Shown: positions 38,928-48,425, numbered from the stretch's first letter. The stretch: DNA of 64,000 nucleotides from Alphaproteobacteria bacterium (GCA_965228895.1 OZ245842.1:5056001-5120000); one strand, 5' to 3'. The notes: generated by a model not told the origin, from the letters alone. A program made the numbers and translations.

Positions 38928-39887
38928 GTGAAGCCGGTCGCTGGGTTGAGTGGCCGGCTTCTTGCTGTGTGGCCGCTTGTCCTGTTTTTGCTGGCCGCCT
39001 GTGCCGGCACGCCACAAAGCGACCGGCTGCTGGCCGGCGGATCGACGGCCGATGCTCTGCCTGTTCGTGCCGAGGTGGCGGACGTGCCGTTCTTCCCGCA
39101 GGAAGAGCGTTATTGCGGGCCGGCGTCGCTCGCCATGGTGCTGGCCTGGGGCGGCATCGCGACCGATCAGGTAACGGTCGGCGAGGAGATCTATACGCCG
39201 GGACGCGAGGGCACGCTGGTCAGCGACGTCTTGGGCGGTGCGCGGCGTCACGGACGGCTTGCCGTGCCGGTCAACAACCTCGACGCCTTGCTGGCCGAGA
39301 TCGCCGCCGGACACCCGGTCATCGTCTTTCAGAACCTCGGCTTGGACTGGTACCAGCAGTGGCACTTCGCGGTGGCCATCGGCTACGACCTGGAGGCCGG
39401 CACGCTGACGCTGCACTCTGGCCTCGACGAGCGGCGGGTGACACCGCTCGGCACGTTCGAGCACACCTGGCGGCGCGGCGACTACTGGGCGCTTGTCGTG
39501 TTGCCGCCCGATGCGTTGCCGGCGTCGGCGAACGAGGAACAGGTCGTCGACGCGGCGCTCGCGATCGAGCGCCTGGGCCTGACCGGTGATGCGGCGCAAG
39601 CGTACGCTGCCCTTGTCGAGCGCTGGCCCGCGAACGGCACGGCCTGGCTCGGTCTCGGCAACACCGCCTATGCGATGGGTGATCTCTCCGGCGCGGCCGA
39701 TGCCTTCGGTCGCGCAACCGTAGCCGATCCCGGTTTCGGCGCGGCCTGGAACAATCTGGCCGTGGTCCTGTCAGAGCAAGGGCATCGCGATGCCGCCATC
39801 GAGGCGGCCGAAACGGCAATCGCCACGGGCAGCGGCGATCTCGACGAATATCGCCGCACGCTCAGCGAGGTCAGTGCGGGAACCTAG
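38928..39887 (+). CDS. PA2778 family C39-like cysteine peptidase lipoprotein with TPR domain
   Basis: Lipobox LAAC; VPFFPQ...CGPASLAM, WHFAVAIGYD; C-terminal TPRs (AWNNLA). Confidence 0.87.
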   Translation: MKPVAGLSGRLLAVWPLVLFLLAACAGTPQSDRLLAGGSTADALPVRAEVADVPFFPQEERYCGPASLAMVLAWGGIATDQVTVGEEIYTPGREGTLVSDVLGGARRHGRLAVPVNNLDALLAEIAAGHPVIVFQNLGLDWYQQWHFAVAIGYDLEAGTLTLHSGLDERRVTPLGTFEHTWRRGDYWALVVLPPDALPASANEEQVVDAALAIERLGLTGDAAQAYAALVERWPANGTAWLGLGNTAYAMGDLSGAADAFGRATVADPGFGAAWNNLAVVLSEQGHRDAAIEAAETAIATGSGDLDEYRRTLSEVSAGT

Positions 39888-39920
39888 GCGAGGTGAATCC
39901 ACGTTCAAATCTGGCGCGAG

Positions 39921-40056
39921 CCCCCTCACCCTGCTCCGGCTAAGGCTCTGACGAGCCCAACCCTTCGCTGCCCTCTCCCTCGCCGGGGAGAGGGATAAAG
40001 AGACGACGATCCGTTTCTCCCTCTCCCCGGCGAGGGAGAGGGTTGGGGCGAGGGGG
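39921..40056. repeat. CCCTCTCCC...GGGAGAGGG composite REP-like element
   Basis: Two inverted CCCTCTCCC-N6-GGGAGAGGG hairpins inside outer CCCCCTCACCC/GGGGCGAGGGGG arms; between convergent genes. Confidence 0.8.
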
Positions 40057-40123
40057 TTAGCGCGGCAGCGCAAAAAATTGGCAGCGGCGCGCGTGTTCGT
40101 TCAGGCGCGGCGGTGATTGCCGG

Positions 40124-41035
40124 TTAGTCACCCGGTTTCAGGTTCTCTGTGTCCAGCGCTTGGCGCAATGCGTCGTAATCGGCCAGCCCCAGCGCCTCGC
40201 CGATGCGTTCCCGCCATGCGTCGTCGAACGCCGCCGCCAGTTCGGCGCTCAACATCGCGCGATGACCGCCGACCTCGCCGGTGCGCACCTTGTTCGACTC
40301 GCCGTCCGGCGGCAGGCCGGCGATGGCGTCACGCGCCTCGCGCAGCAGGTGATCGTCAAACTGCCCGGCGTGGGTTTGCATGAAGGCAAGGCTGGAATGC
40401 TCGATGGCGATGTCGATGGCGGGCGACGCCGGGTCGATACCCATGAAGGCCGCGACATCGCGCACGGCGCCGGCGGGATCGTCCTTCATGTCCTCATAGG
40501 TCAGGAACAGCGTGTCGTCGTCTTGCCGCTTGGGCCACCACGACGCGAAGTGGGACCATATGCCGCGATCGACCTCGCTGCCGAGGATCTCGCGGCGCAC
40601 GAAGTCGTCGATCGAAATGGCGCCGGCTTCAAAGAACCAGCCTTCGGAGAAGCGGAAGAGCGAGACCGCAATGTCCTTGGGTTCGCGGGTGATATAGATG
40701 TAGCGGCAGCCCTTCGGCACGTCGTCCCAGTTGAGATGGCTCTTATAGGCGCGCGGCGGCGCGGCCTGCTCGGCCTCGATGTCGAGACCAGTATCGTGCG
40801 CGATCTCGATCCACGGCACGACAGCGGTGATTTCCGAAAAACCCATATCGCCGCCGGTGCGCAGCTGATGCACGATCTGCTGCATCCACGTGGTACCGGC
40901 TTTGGCATAGGTCGAAATGATGATGTCGTCGGGCCGCGGTTTGAAGGCGAGACCGCGCTCGTGGCTCTCCCGCGAAAAGTAAAGCGCGGCAACCGCGTCC
41001 ATCTCCTCGAACGTCGTGGGTCGTCGTACCGCCAT
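40124..41035 (-). CDS. PAPS-dependent sulfotransferase family protein
   Basis: 5'-PSB TYAKAGTTW, KSHL, 3'-PB REPKDIAVS, YEDMK, KVR.G.VG. Confidence 0.88.
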   Translation of the reverse strand: MAVRRPTTFEEMDAVAALYFSRESHERGLAFKPRPDDIIISTYAKAGTTWMQQIVHQLRTGGDMGFSEITAVVPWIEIAHDTGLDIEAEQAAPPRAYKSHLNWDDVPKGCRYIYITREPKDIAVSLFRFSEGWFFEAGAISIDDFVRREILGSEVDRGIWSHFASWWPKRQDDDTLFLTYEDMKDDPAGAVRDVAAFMGIDPASPAIDIAIEHSSLAFMQTHAGQFDDHLLREARDAIAGLPPDGESNKVRTGEVGGHRAMLSAELAAAFDDAWRERIGEALGLADYDALRQALDTENLKPGD

Positions 41036-41114
41036 ACCCTCTCCCGGTTCCCTGATGCGGCGCAAGAAGACACCGGCCGGCGGCGTGATGGCAAGCGGCA
41101 ATGGTCTTGGTTGG

Positions 41115-41147
41115 GTGGCGTCCCGCCGGCCAGCGACGGGACGCCAC
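41115..41147 (-). terminator. GC-rich hairpin downstream of amtB (possible terminator)
   Basis: 11-bp stem GTGGCGTCCCG/CGGGACGCCAC; no clear U tract. Confidence 0.35.
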
Positions 41148-41155
41148 GCTGGCTT

Positions 41156-41292
41156 GAGCGGATCGTGGTCAGGTGGAACCGGGTGACGGTTCAACCTGAC
41201 CACGTGAATCCGTTCTAACTGTTATGTATAGAGCAGATTCACCTGCCTTGACGGAATCACGAAGCGATTCCGTCAAGGCAGGATCTGCTCTA
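41156..41292. repeat. Bulged twin-hairpin repeat (CIR/RIME-like), full copy
   Basis: Same architecture as 30528-30656; terminal CTA is the amtB TAG stop. Confidence 0.8.
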
Positions 41293-42609
41293 AGCCGTCA
41301 CCGAGTCCCGGCCGAACTCCGGATAGGCGGCCATGCCGAGCTCGACCTGATCGAGGCCCGCGACCTCATCGTCGGCGCTGACCCGCAGCCCCACCGTCAC
41401 CTTCAAGGCGAACCAGACGAGCGCGCTGGCGGCGGCGACAAACGCGCCGATGGCGACAACGCCGATTGCCTGGACGGCAAAGCTTGCCTCGGCATTGGTC
41501 AGCGGCACCGCCATGGTGCCCCAGATGCCGGCGAAGAGATGGACCGGAATGGCGCCGACCACATCGTCGATCTTCAATCGGTCGAGCAAGGGGACGCCGG
41601 CGGCGACGATCAGCGCGCCGATGCCGCCGATGACGATGGCCTCGCCGATGGTCGGTGTGTCCGGGCCGGCGGTGATGCTGACCAGGCCGGCGAGCGCGCC
41701 GTTCAGCACCATGGTCAGATCGACCTTGCGGTAGACCAGTTGGGTGGCGACCGCTGCGGCGACAACGCCACCGGCCGCCGCCATGCCGGTATTGGCGAAG
41801 ATGTTCGCCATGGCCGCCGCGTCGGCTGCTGAGCCCAGTGCCAGCTGCGAGCCGCCGTTAAAGCCGAACCAACCGAGCCACAGGATAAAGGTGCCGAGCG
41901 TCGCCAGCGGCAGCGACGAGGGCGGCAGCAGGCGGATCTCACGCTTTGGCCCATACTTGCCGGCGCGCGCGCCCAGGATGATGGCGCCGGTCAGCGCCGC
42001 CCAGCCGCCGACCGAGTGGACGATCGTCGAGCCGGCGAAATCGGCGAAACCTTCTTGCGCCAGCCAGCCGCCGCCCCATTGCCACGCGCCCTGGATCGGA
42101 TAGATGACCGCGGTCAGGACAACGACGAAAGCCAGGAACGGCCACAGCTTGATGCGTTCGGCCAGCGTCCCCGACACGATCGACGCGGCGGTCGCGACAA
42201 ATACCATCTGGAAGAACCAGTCCGACGCCGCGGCATAGCCGCCCTCGAAGTTGCCATCGGCGATCGCGCTGTCATCGCCGACCCATGGCGCGAAGCTGCC
42301 GATCAGCCCGCCATCGACGCCGGCATACATCAGGTTGTAGCCGACCAGGTAATAGGCGATGCCGGCGATCGAGAAGAGCATGATGTTCTTGACGCAGATG
42401 GTCGCCACCGACTTGGTGCGCACCATGCCGGCTTCCAGCATGGTGAAACCGGCCGCCATCCACATGACGAGCGCGCCGTTGACCAGAAACGAAAAGGTGT
42501 TGAGCACGTAGGCCGTTTCCGCCTCGACGCCGGCATGGGCCAGGCCGGGCAGCAGGATCGCGCCGCCGAACAGAATGGCGAATGCCCTTCGCCCTAATTT
42601 GGTTGTCAT
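41290..42609 (-). CDS. amtB: Ammonium transporter
   Basis: FQMVF, DFAGSTIVH, LWLGWFGFNGGS, IDDVVGAIPVH; GGAGG RBS. Confidence 0.95.
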   Translation of the reverse strand: MTTKLGRRAFAILFGGAILLPGLAHAGVEAETAYVLNTFSFLVNGALVMWMAAGFTMLEAGMVRTKSVATICVKNIMLFSIAGIAYYLVGYNLMYAGVDGGLIGSFAPWVGDDSAIADGNFEGGYAAASDWFFQMVFVATAASIVSGTLAERIKLWPFLAFVVVLTAVIYPIQGAWQWGGGWLAQEGFADFAGSTIVHSVGGWAALTGAIILGARAGKYGPKREIRLLPPSSLPLATLGTFILWLGWFGFNGGSQLALGSAADAAAMANIFANTGMAAAGGVVAAAVATQLVYRKVDLTMVLNGALAGLVSITAGPDTPTIGEAIVIGGIGALIVAAGVPLLDRLKIDDVVGAIPVHLFAGIWGTMAVPLTNAEASFAVQAIGVVAIGAFVAAASALVWFALKVTVGLRVSADDEVAGLDQVELGMAAYPEFGRDSVTA

Positions 42610-42669
42610 CGAAAACCTCCCAGGTTTGCCGTGTACCCGCGTACGGGCACGTTCCCGGAAGACTCCCTT

Positions 42670-42797
42670 TTCAAACGGCGTGCCATTCTGCTGCGCCGCA
42701 ACAAATAGAGCTATATCAATGCGTTAGGATTCAGCATGTCACCGTCCCTGACGCATTTGCCCGCCGATTAGGCAACCGTCTGCCTATCCAGGCAGCA
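42670..42797 (-). promoter_or_regulatory. Putative sigma54 promoter with tandem NtrC-like sites for amtB
   Basis: Minus strand TGGCAC-N5-TTGA (variant -12) at 42685-42671; TGC-N11-GCA at 42758-42774 and 42781-42797. Confidence 0.6.
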
Positions 42798-42801
42798 CCG
42801 C

Positions 42802-43734
42802 TCAGCCCGTCTCGCCGGCCAGGCGCCGCTCGCGGTGCCAGACGTAAAGGCCGCTGCCAACGATGATGGCGATGCCCAGCCAGGTGATGGCGTCAGGGAA
42901 GTCGCGCCAGATCAGATATCCCAGGATCGTGCCGCCGATAATCTCGACATAGGCGAACGGCGCCAGCAAGGAGGCGGGCGCATGGGCATAGGCGCGGATG
43001 GTGAAGCCGTTGCTGCTTGCCGACAGCACCGCGACGACGACGAGGCCGAGCCAGATCACCGGCGTCGGTCCCTGCCAGTAGAACGGCGAACTCACGACAA
43101 GCACGACGAAACCGACGATGGCGCCCCAGAACATCATCGTGCCGGTACCCTCGTGGGGCGCCAGCAGCCGCGTGATCACGGCATAGACGGAAAAGAAGCA
43201 GACCGCGCCCAGCGGCAGCAGCGCGGGCCAGCCCATGCCGCCGTCGAAGGTCGGCCGGATCATGATGAGCGCGCCGGCCAGTCCGAAGGCGCATGCCAAC
43301 CAGCGGCGCGGGCCGACCTTCTCCTTCAAGACAAGAGCAGCGAGCGCGGTGACCACCAGGGGCCCAAGCATGATGATGGCGATGACATCAACGAGCGGCA
43401 GCAGACCGAGGCCTGAGAAGAAACAGATGGCGCTCGCGAACTGGCAACAGGAACGCACGAGCTGCAGGCCGGGCCGTCGGGTCTTGACCAGGCGCGCCAG
43501 ATTGGTCGTGCGTGAGATGAACGGCACGGCACCGATCATCGCGGCGGCTTGAAACAGCGCGACCTGAAACACCGGGACCTGTTCGATGGTGAGTTTGGCG
43601 ACCGCGTCGGAACAATTGATCAGGATCAGCGCCGTCAGCATCAGCAGGATGCCGATCATGTGCGGGTGGCGTCCGGCGCCGGTCACGATGTCGCCGTGCA
43701 CGGTCTCCGGCGGCGGAAGATCAGGGTGAGTCAT
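42802..43734 (-). CDS. DMT/EamA family transporter
   Basis: 10 TM; LKEKVG.RRW, APASLLAPF.Y. Confidence 0.9.
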   Translation of the reverse strand: MTHPDLPPPETVHGDIVTGAGRHPHMIGILLMLTALILINCSDAVAKLTIEQVPVFQVALFQAAAMIGAVPFISRTTNLARLVKTRRPGLQLVRSCCQFASAICFFSGLGLLPLVDVIAIIMLGPLVVTALAALVLKEKVGPRRWLACAFGLAGALIMIRPTFDGGMGWPALLPLGAVCFFSVYAVITRLLAPHEGTGTMMFWGAIVGFVVLVVSSPFYWQGPTPVIWLGLVVVAVLSASSNGFTIRAYAHAPASLLAPFAYVEIIGGTILGYLIWRDFPDAITWLGIAIIVGSGLYVWHRERRLAGETG

Positions 43735-43746
43735 GATGTCACGTTG

Positions 43747-44739
43747 TCAGTCGAACGCGCGAAGCGTGTCATAACGGCCACGTCGATACAGGAGAATCTC
43801 ACGTAGAAGCACGCCTCCTGGGATCACAAAAAGTAGAAAGAACGATGTGTGCTGCGAGAGGACGCTCCAAGTTGGAAAGCCCAACATTGGAAAATGTATG
43901 TAGTAGAGATCTCGCACATTGATGGCCGCCAGCATTGCAAATTCAACTAGGGCAACTTTCGGCAACGTCGTCATAACAAGCGCCCGAAACCATAGCGAAC
44001 GGACGACTGCAAGTATTACGGCAGCGGCAACGATCAACGTCGTGTCGATTTCAAAGGGGCCGACGGTGTCGAGTGTCATGATGATTAGAAGCGCAACACC
44101 GGTCGCCAACGCATCCCAAAAAAGCAGCGGTGCCACCGACCGTGTGCGTGCCAAACCTCGACCGAGTACGAGGTATACGATGAACGCCACAATGGCGAAC
44201 CAGACATAGGGAGATGTTGCCGTTGCGCGAGCGTACAGGCAGAACACCGACGGCGCGTTCTGAACCCCGTAGAGCCAAACAGCCGGTGTCACAAACACTG
44301 TCAGCGCAAGCAAAGCGATCAGCGCTGCCCCAAGTGTCACACCCGACGGTCGTTCGTCCAAAAAACGGCGTGACACACACATGGCAACAAGGGGCACGAG
44401 ACCGATAAAGAGCCACGCAAAGCCGGACCTGATCACCGCTTCATAGAGACATACAAGGAAGACGATGCGAGACGCCATCCAGGATGTCATGGCCAGTGGC
44501 GCACCTGGCCAAACCATGTCTTGAAACCCGGTCCTCAATGCGAGCACCATCGCCAGAATGACTGAGCCAGCCATTCCGCCCGCAATCCAATTCAGGCCAT
44601 CGATTTGCACATTCGCCAATGCGAGCGACGTATGACCACCGCAAAACAAGAGGGTGGCAAGCAATGCGATTGCTAGACCGCCAATAGGTGGGTAGCGCCA
44701 CCAAGGTATCCGGCTGGACTCTGTTTGCTCGCCCGACAC
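43747..44739 (-). CDS. Divergent DMT-like polytopic membrane protein
   Basis: About 10 hydrophobic segments, FLDERPS resembling the EamA motif; lower GC; GTG start uncertain. Confidence 0.55.
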   Translation of the reverse strand: MSGEQTESSRIPWWRYPPIGGLAIALLATLLFCGGHTSLALANVQIDGLNWIAGGMAGSVILAMVLALRTGFQDMVWPGAPLAMTSWMASRIVFLVCLYEAVIRSGFAWLFIGLVPLVAMCVSRRFLDERPSGVTLGAALIALLALTVFVTPAVWLYGVQNAPSVFCLYARATATSPYVWFAIVAFIVYLVLGRGLARTRSVAPLLFWDALATGVALLIIMTLDTVGPFEIDTTLIVAAAVILAVVRSLWFRALVMTTLPKVALVEFAMLAAINVRDLYYIHFPMLGFPTWSVLSQHTSFFLLFVIPGGVLLREILLYRRGRYDTLRAFD

Positions 44740-44759
44740 AAGCTAACCGAAAGCTGTCG

Positions 44760-46130
44760 TCACGGCTGTTGACCAGCGAGCGCGACTTCGATCGCCTTGC
44801 CCAGGCGCAGAAGAGAGGCTTCTTGGTTGGCGCGCTGCATGACCATCAGGCCGGCTGGCAGGCCCAGGTCGTCGCGGCCACAGGGCAGTGTCAGCGCGCA
44901 GAGCTTCAAGAGATTGCCGGGCGTCGTGTTGCGCAGGGTGCCGCGGTTGGCGTGGCGGTAGGCCCGCTCATCGTCGATCAGATCGGCAATCGGCGGCGGG
45001 CTGATCGGCACGGTCGGGGCGATCATCGCATCCCACCCGGCAAGCCGCCGGTACATGACATCCTGCACGGCCTTCAATTCATTCTGCATGCGCACGAGAT
45101 CGTAGCCGGCGAGCTTGGTGCCGTCGCGGAAGCGCGGCAGCATGTTGGCGTAGATCAGGTCGGGTTTTTCTTCGACCAGATCGCCCCAGCAGGCATAGGC
45201 CTCGACGGTGACGACGCCACCACCCTTGCCCATGATCTGGACGGCCTGGTCGATCTCGTCGACCTGCTCCCAGGTCACCGTGGCGCCGGCGCGCTCCAGG
45301 GCTTCGACACCGGCGCGCACGGCGCGCTCGATGCCCGGATCTATATCGACCCAAAGTCCGTTCGTGGGCGCCAGGAACCGTTTGCCTTTCAGCGAGGCGC
45401 CGGCCAGATCGGCGGCCTTGCGGCCGCTCAGAACCGACCACACCGCGTTGGCATCGGCGACGTCGCGGGTCAGCGGGCCGATCGTATCCAGGCTGGGCGA
45501 CAGCGGCAGGATGCCGTCCAGGGTGAGATCGCCGGCGGTTGTCTTGAGCCCGACCACACCGTTGAGCGACGCCGGGATGCGGACCGACCCGCCGGTGTCC
45601 GACCCGATGCCCGCGGGCGCCAGGCCGCGCGCGACGGAGACCGCGGCGCCGGACGACGATCCGCCGGGGATGCGCGCGACCGTGTCGTCATGGGCGTTGG
45701 GCGGGGTGCCATAGGTCGTGTTGATGCCGAGACCGGAAAACGCGAACTCCGTCAGGTTCGTCTTGCCCAGGCACACCGTGCCGGCCCGTGTGGCGCGCGC
45801 CAGGAGCGTCGCGTCATGCTCGGGCACGCGGCCCTGCAGCGCGCGCGCGGCGCCGTTGGTCTCGACGCCCGCCGTGTCGACCAGGTCCTTCCACGACAGC
45901 GGCACGCCATCGAGCGGCCCGCGCCGCTGGCCCGCCTGGGCGCGCGACCGCGCCGCGATGGCTTCAGCGCGCGCGCGCTCCGGCGTCAGGCGCAGGTAAA
46001 CCAGATGATCGGGATCGTCGGCGGCAATGCGATCGAGAAAGTGGTCGGCCAGCGCCACCGGGTCGATGGCGCCGCTTCCGACGCCCTCGCCCAGTTCCAA
46101 TGCCGTCATGTCGTGCCAGGCCTCGGCCAT
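44760..46130 (-). CDS. Amidase-signature family enzyme
   Basis: KD, GKTN, PGGSSSG, GSDTGGSVRIPA. Confidence 0.92.
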   Translation of the reverse strand: MAEAWHDMTALELGEGVGSGAIDPVALADHFLDRIAADDPDHLVYLRLTPERARAEAIAARSRAQAGQRRGPLDGVPLSWKDLVDTAGVETNGAARALQGRVPEHDATLLARATRAGTVCLGKTNLTEFAFSGLGINTTYGTPPNAHDDTVARIPGGSSSGAAVSVARGLAPAGIGSDTGGSVRIPASLNGVVGLKTTAGDLTLDGILPLSPSLDTIGPLTRDVADANAVWSVLSGRKAADLAGASLKGKRFLAPTNGLWVDIDPGIERAVRAGVEALERAGATVTWEQVDEIDQAVQIMGKGGGVVTVEAYACWGDLVEEKPDLIYANMLPRFRDGTKLAGYDLVRMQNELKAVQDVMYRRLAGWDAMIAPTVPISPPPIADLIDDERAYRHANRGTLRNTTPGNLLKLCALTLPCGRDDLGLPAGLMVMQRANQEASLLRLGKAIEVALAGQQP

Positions 46131-46154
46131 CGGCGCCCCTCTCGTTTTGCTTGT

Positions 46155-46215
46155 GCGGATTCACCTGCCTTGATGTCACCGCGAAGCGATTCCATCAAAA
46201 CAGGATCTGCTCTAG
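46155..46215. repeat. Degenerate single-hairpin copy of the twin-hairpin repeat
   Basis: GGATTCACCTGCCTTGA...CAGGATCTGCTCTAG, close match to 41229-41292. Confidence 0.8.
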
Positions 46216-46279
46216 GTCGCCAATCTAGTCTGCCCCGGTTGTTCTGGACAATGCGTCGTGGCGTGACGATGTTTCCCTT

Positions 46280-47503
46280 ATGGATGTTTCGAACCGACCT
46301 GACACCGATATCGCCATCGTTGGCGGTGGCCTGAACGGTCTGACGGCGGCCGTGGCGCTGGCCGGCGCCGGCTTCGACATCACGCTGATCGACCGGCTTG
46401 ATCCCCGCGAGACGCTGGACGCCGGGTTTGACGGGCGCGTCTCGTCGATCGCCTGGAGCTCCAAGGTCATGCTGGAGACCATGGGTGTCTGGCAGGGGGT
46501 CGCCAGGGAGGCCGAGCCGATCCTGGAAATCCGGGTTTCCGACGGCAACGCGCCGCTTTTCCTGCACTACGACCACCGGGATGTCGGCGATCACCCGCTT
46601 GGTTTTATCGCCGAGAACCGCACCCTGCGCCGCGCGCTGATCGACCGGGTGGCAAGCCTCGACAACATTCAGATCAAGGCGCCACACAGCGTGGCGGCGA
46701 TGGAGCGGGGGCCTGAAACCGCCACCGTGAGCCTTGCCGATGGCAGCGCTATCAGCGCGCGTCTGGTGATCGCCTGCGACGGCGCGTTATCGCCGGTGCG
46801 CGCCATGGCGGGCATTCGCCATATCCGTCACGCCTATGGCCAGACCGGGATTGTCACGACCGTGCTGCACGAACGGCCCCATCGCAGCATCGCCCATGAG
46901 CGTTTCTTGCCGGCCGGCCCGTTCGCCATCCTACCCCTGCCCGGCAACCGCTCGTCGCTCGTGTGGACCGAAGCCGACGACATCGCCGAACGGATCGTGG
47001 CGCTCGATGACGACGCGTTTCTTGAGGAGCTCATGTGGCGCTTCGGCGATTTTATGGGGACCCTTCAGCCGACCGGGCCACGCTGGTCCTATCCGCTCAC
47101 CCTGGTCCATGCGGAACGTTATGCCGATCACCGGCTGGCGCTGGTGGGCGATGCCGCCCATCTGATCCATCCGATCGCCGGCCAAGGCTATAACCTCGGC
47201 CTGCGCGATACCGCTGCCCTGGCCGAGGTCCTGGCCGATCGGCGCCGGCTCGGTCTGGAGCCCGGCCATATGGACGGCCTCGAGCGTTACGCCCGCTGGC
47301 GCCGGGTCGACAACCTCATGTTGATCGCCGTCACAGACAGTCTTAACCGTTTGTTCTCGAACGATCTGGCGCCGATCAGGCTGGCGCGGGACCTCGGGCT
47401 GGCCGCTGTTAACCAATTGCCGCCTCTCAAAAAACTTTTCATGCGCCATGCGATGGGAACCGTCGGCCATCTTCCGCGGCTGCTGCGCGGCGAGGTGCTC
47501 TGA
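46280..47503 (+). CDS. UbiH/UbiL family ubiquinone biosynthesis flavin hydroxylase
   Basis: GGGLNG, ACDG, GPFAILP, GDAAH.IHPIAGQGYNLG. Confidence 0.92.
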   Translation: MDVSNRPDTDIAIVGGGLNGLTAAVALAGAGFDITLIDRLDPRETLDAGFDGRVSSIAWSSKVMLETMGVWQGVAREAEPILEIRVSDGNAPLFLHYDHRDVGDHPLGFIAENRTLRRALIDRVASLDNIQIKAPHSVAAMERGPETATVSLADGSAISARLVIACDGALSPVRAMAGIRHIRHAYGQTGIVTTVLHERPHRSIAHERFLPAGPFAILPLPGNRSSLVWTEADDIAERIVALDDDAFLEELMWRFGDFMGTLQPTGPRWSYPLTLVHAERYADHRLALVGDAAHLIHPIAGQGYNLGLRDTAALAEVLADRRRLGLEPGHMDGLERYARWRRVDNLMLIAVTDSLNRLFSNDLAPIRLARDLGLAAVNQLPPLKKLFMRHAMGTVGHLPRLLRGEVL

Positions 47504-47644
47504 CGGCCTGCCGCTAACCGGTTGATTACCAACGCTTATGACGAATTGACCAGTCGTCACCAATCGAAATGAGCAGCCTCATTACCGATTAGGGCGCGTG
47601 CGTTCGCCGATGAGCGGCGCGGGCGGCCGGATAAATGTATCCAA

Positions 47645-47860
47645 AGTGTTATCGCGACACGGCCGACCCCCTCGAAACCTCCGCGCCGCGATAAAGGTTA
47701 AGCATCATCGACCTCCTTGATGCGTCCAGCGGCCCACCCAGCCAACCGGCGCATCGCAGATCAGAACCGGACCCGAGCCTCCCCCGACCCCAAACCCCAC
47801 CGGTCCTGGTCTTTCTTCAGACGCCGCTCCCTGCCCCAAGGGAGCGGCGTCATTTTTTTG
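47645..47860 (+). ncRNA. Candidate multi-hairpin sRNA with C-rich anti-SD loops (cuckoo-like)
   Basis: Consecutive stem-loops with ACCTCC, GACCTCCT and GCCTCCCCC in loops, ending in an intrinsic terminator; 5' end approximate. Confidence 0.55.
47820..47859 (+). terminator. Rho-independent terminator
   Basis: GACGCCGCTCCCT/AGGGAGCGGCGTC stem followed by ATTTTTTT. Confidence 0.85.
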
Positions 47861-47870
47861 GTCACTGGGT

Positions 47871-47901
47871 TTGACCTTCCAGCAACGGGAGGCCTTAGCG
47901 T
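47871..47901 (+). promoter_or_regulatory. CueR-type promoter/operator
   Basis: TTGACC-19 bp-TAGCGT containing the dyad ACCTTCC...GGGAGG. Confidence 0.8.
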
Positions 47902-47936
47902 GCTGGTCTTGTTGCGACTGCAAGGGTCAGAAAGTC

Positions 47937-48326
47937 ATGTTTTTTCGTCTTGGCGCAGCCGCGCTTGCGTTGGTCGGCGCCGCTTTCAGTGCCGTCGTCG
48001 CGCTTTCGGGCGAACACGAAGTCGACGTGGTCGTGCCGTCCTTGTCGGGGCCGGCGCTTGAGGGCCAAGCCGTGTTCGAGCAATTCTGCGCCGAATGCCA
48101 CGGGGCAACCGCCGGCGGCACCGAAAAGGGTCCGCCCCTGGTCCATCCGCTCTACAATCCCGGCCACCACGGTGACATGGCGTTCGTACGGGCTGCGCAA
48201 CAGGGTGCGCGCGCCCACCACTGGGGTTTCGGCGACATGGATCCGGTGCCTGATGTCACCGATCAGGATCTGTTCCTCATCATTCGTTATGTCCGCGCCC
48301 TACAGGAGGCCAACGGCATCCACTGA
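47937..48326 (+). CDS. Monoheme c-type cytochrome
   Basis: N-terminal hydrophobic segment, CAECH, GPPL, HHWGFGDM. Confidence 0.88.
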   Translation: MFFRLGAAALALVGAAFSAVVALSGEHEVDVVVPSLSGPALEGQAVFEQFCAECHGATAGGTEKGPPLVHPLYNPGHHGDMAFVRAAQQGARAHHWGFGDMDPVPDVTDQDLFLIIRYVRALQEANGIH

Positions 48327-48349
48327 ATGGACTTTTTTGCCGTAGAGCC

Positions 48350-48384
48350 TTGACCTTCCAGTTACTGGAAGTCCCACTTACACT
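48350..48384 (+). promoter_or_regulatory. CueR operator
   Basis: TTGACC followed by the palindrome CTTCCAGT-T-ACTGGAAG; -10 element weak. Confidence 0.75.
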
Positions 48385-48425
48385 GGGTTCATCGGGACCA
48401 CAGAACGACAGCGGAGGGTCCGGTC

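Noticed and set aside
30528-46215. Palindromic repeats as a possible CRISPR array or IS ends
   Set aside because: Dispersed rather than regularly spaced; no spacers, cas genes or transposase in the window
44688-46334. 548-aa plus-strand ORF
   Set aside because: Antisense shadow of the amidase gene
47705-48061. ORFs 47705-47923 (-) and 47717-48061 (+)
   Set aside because: They cross a terminator, structured RNA-like hairpins and a CueR promoter; no protein-like features
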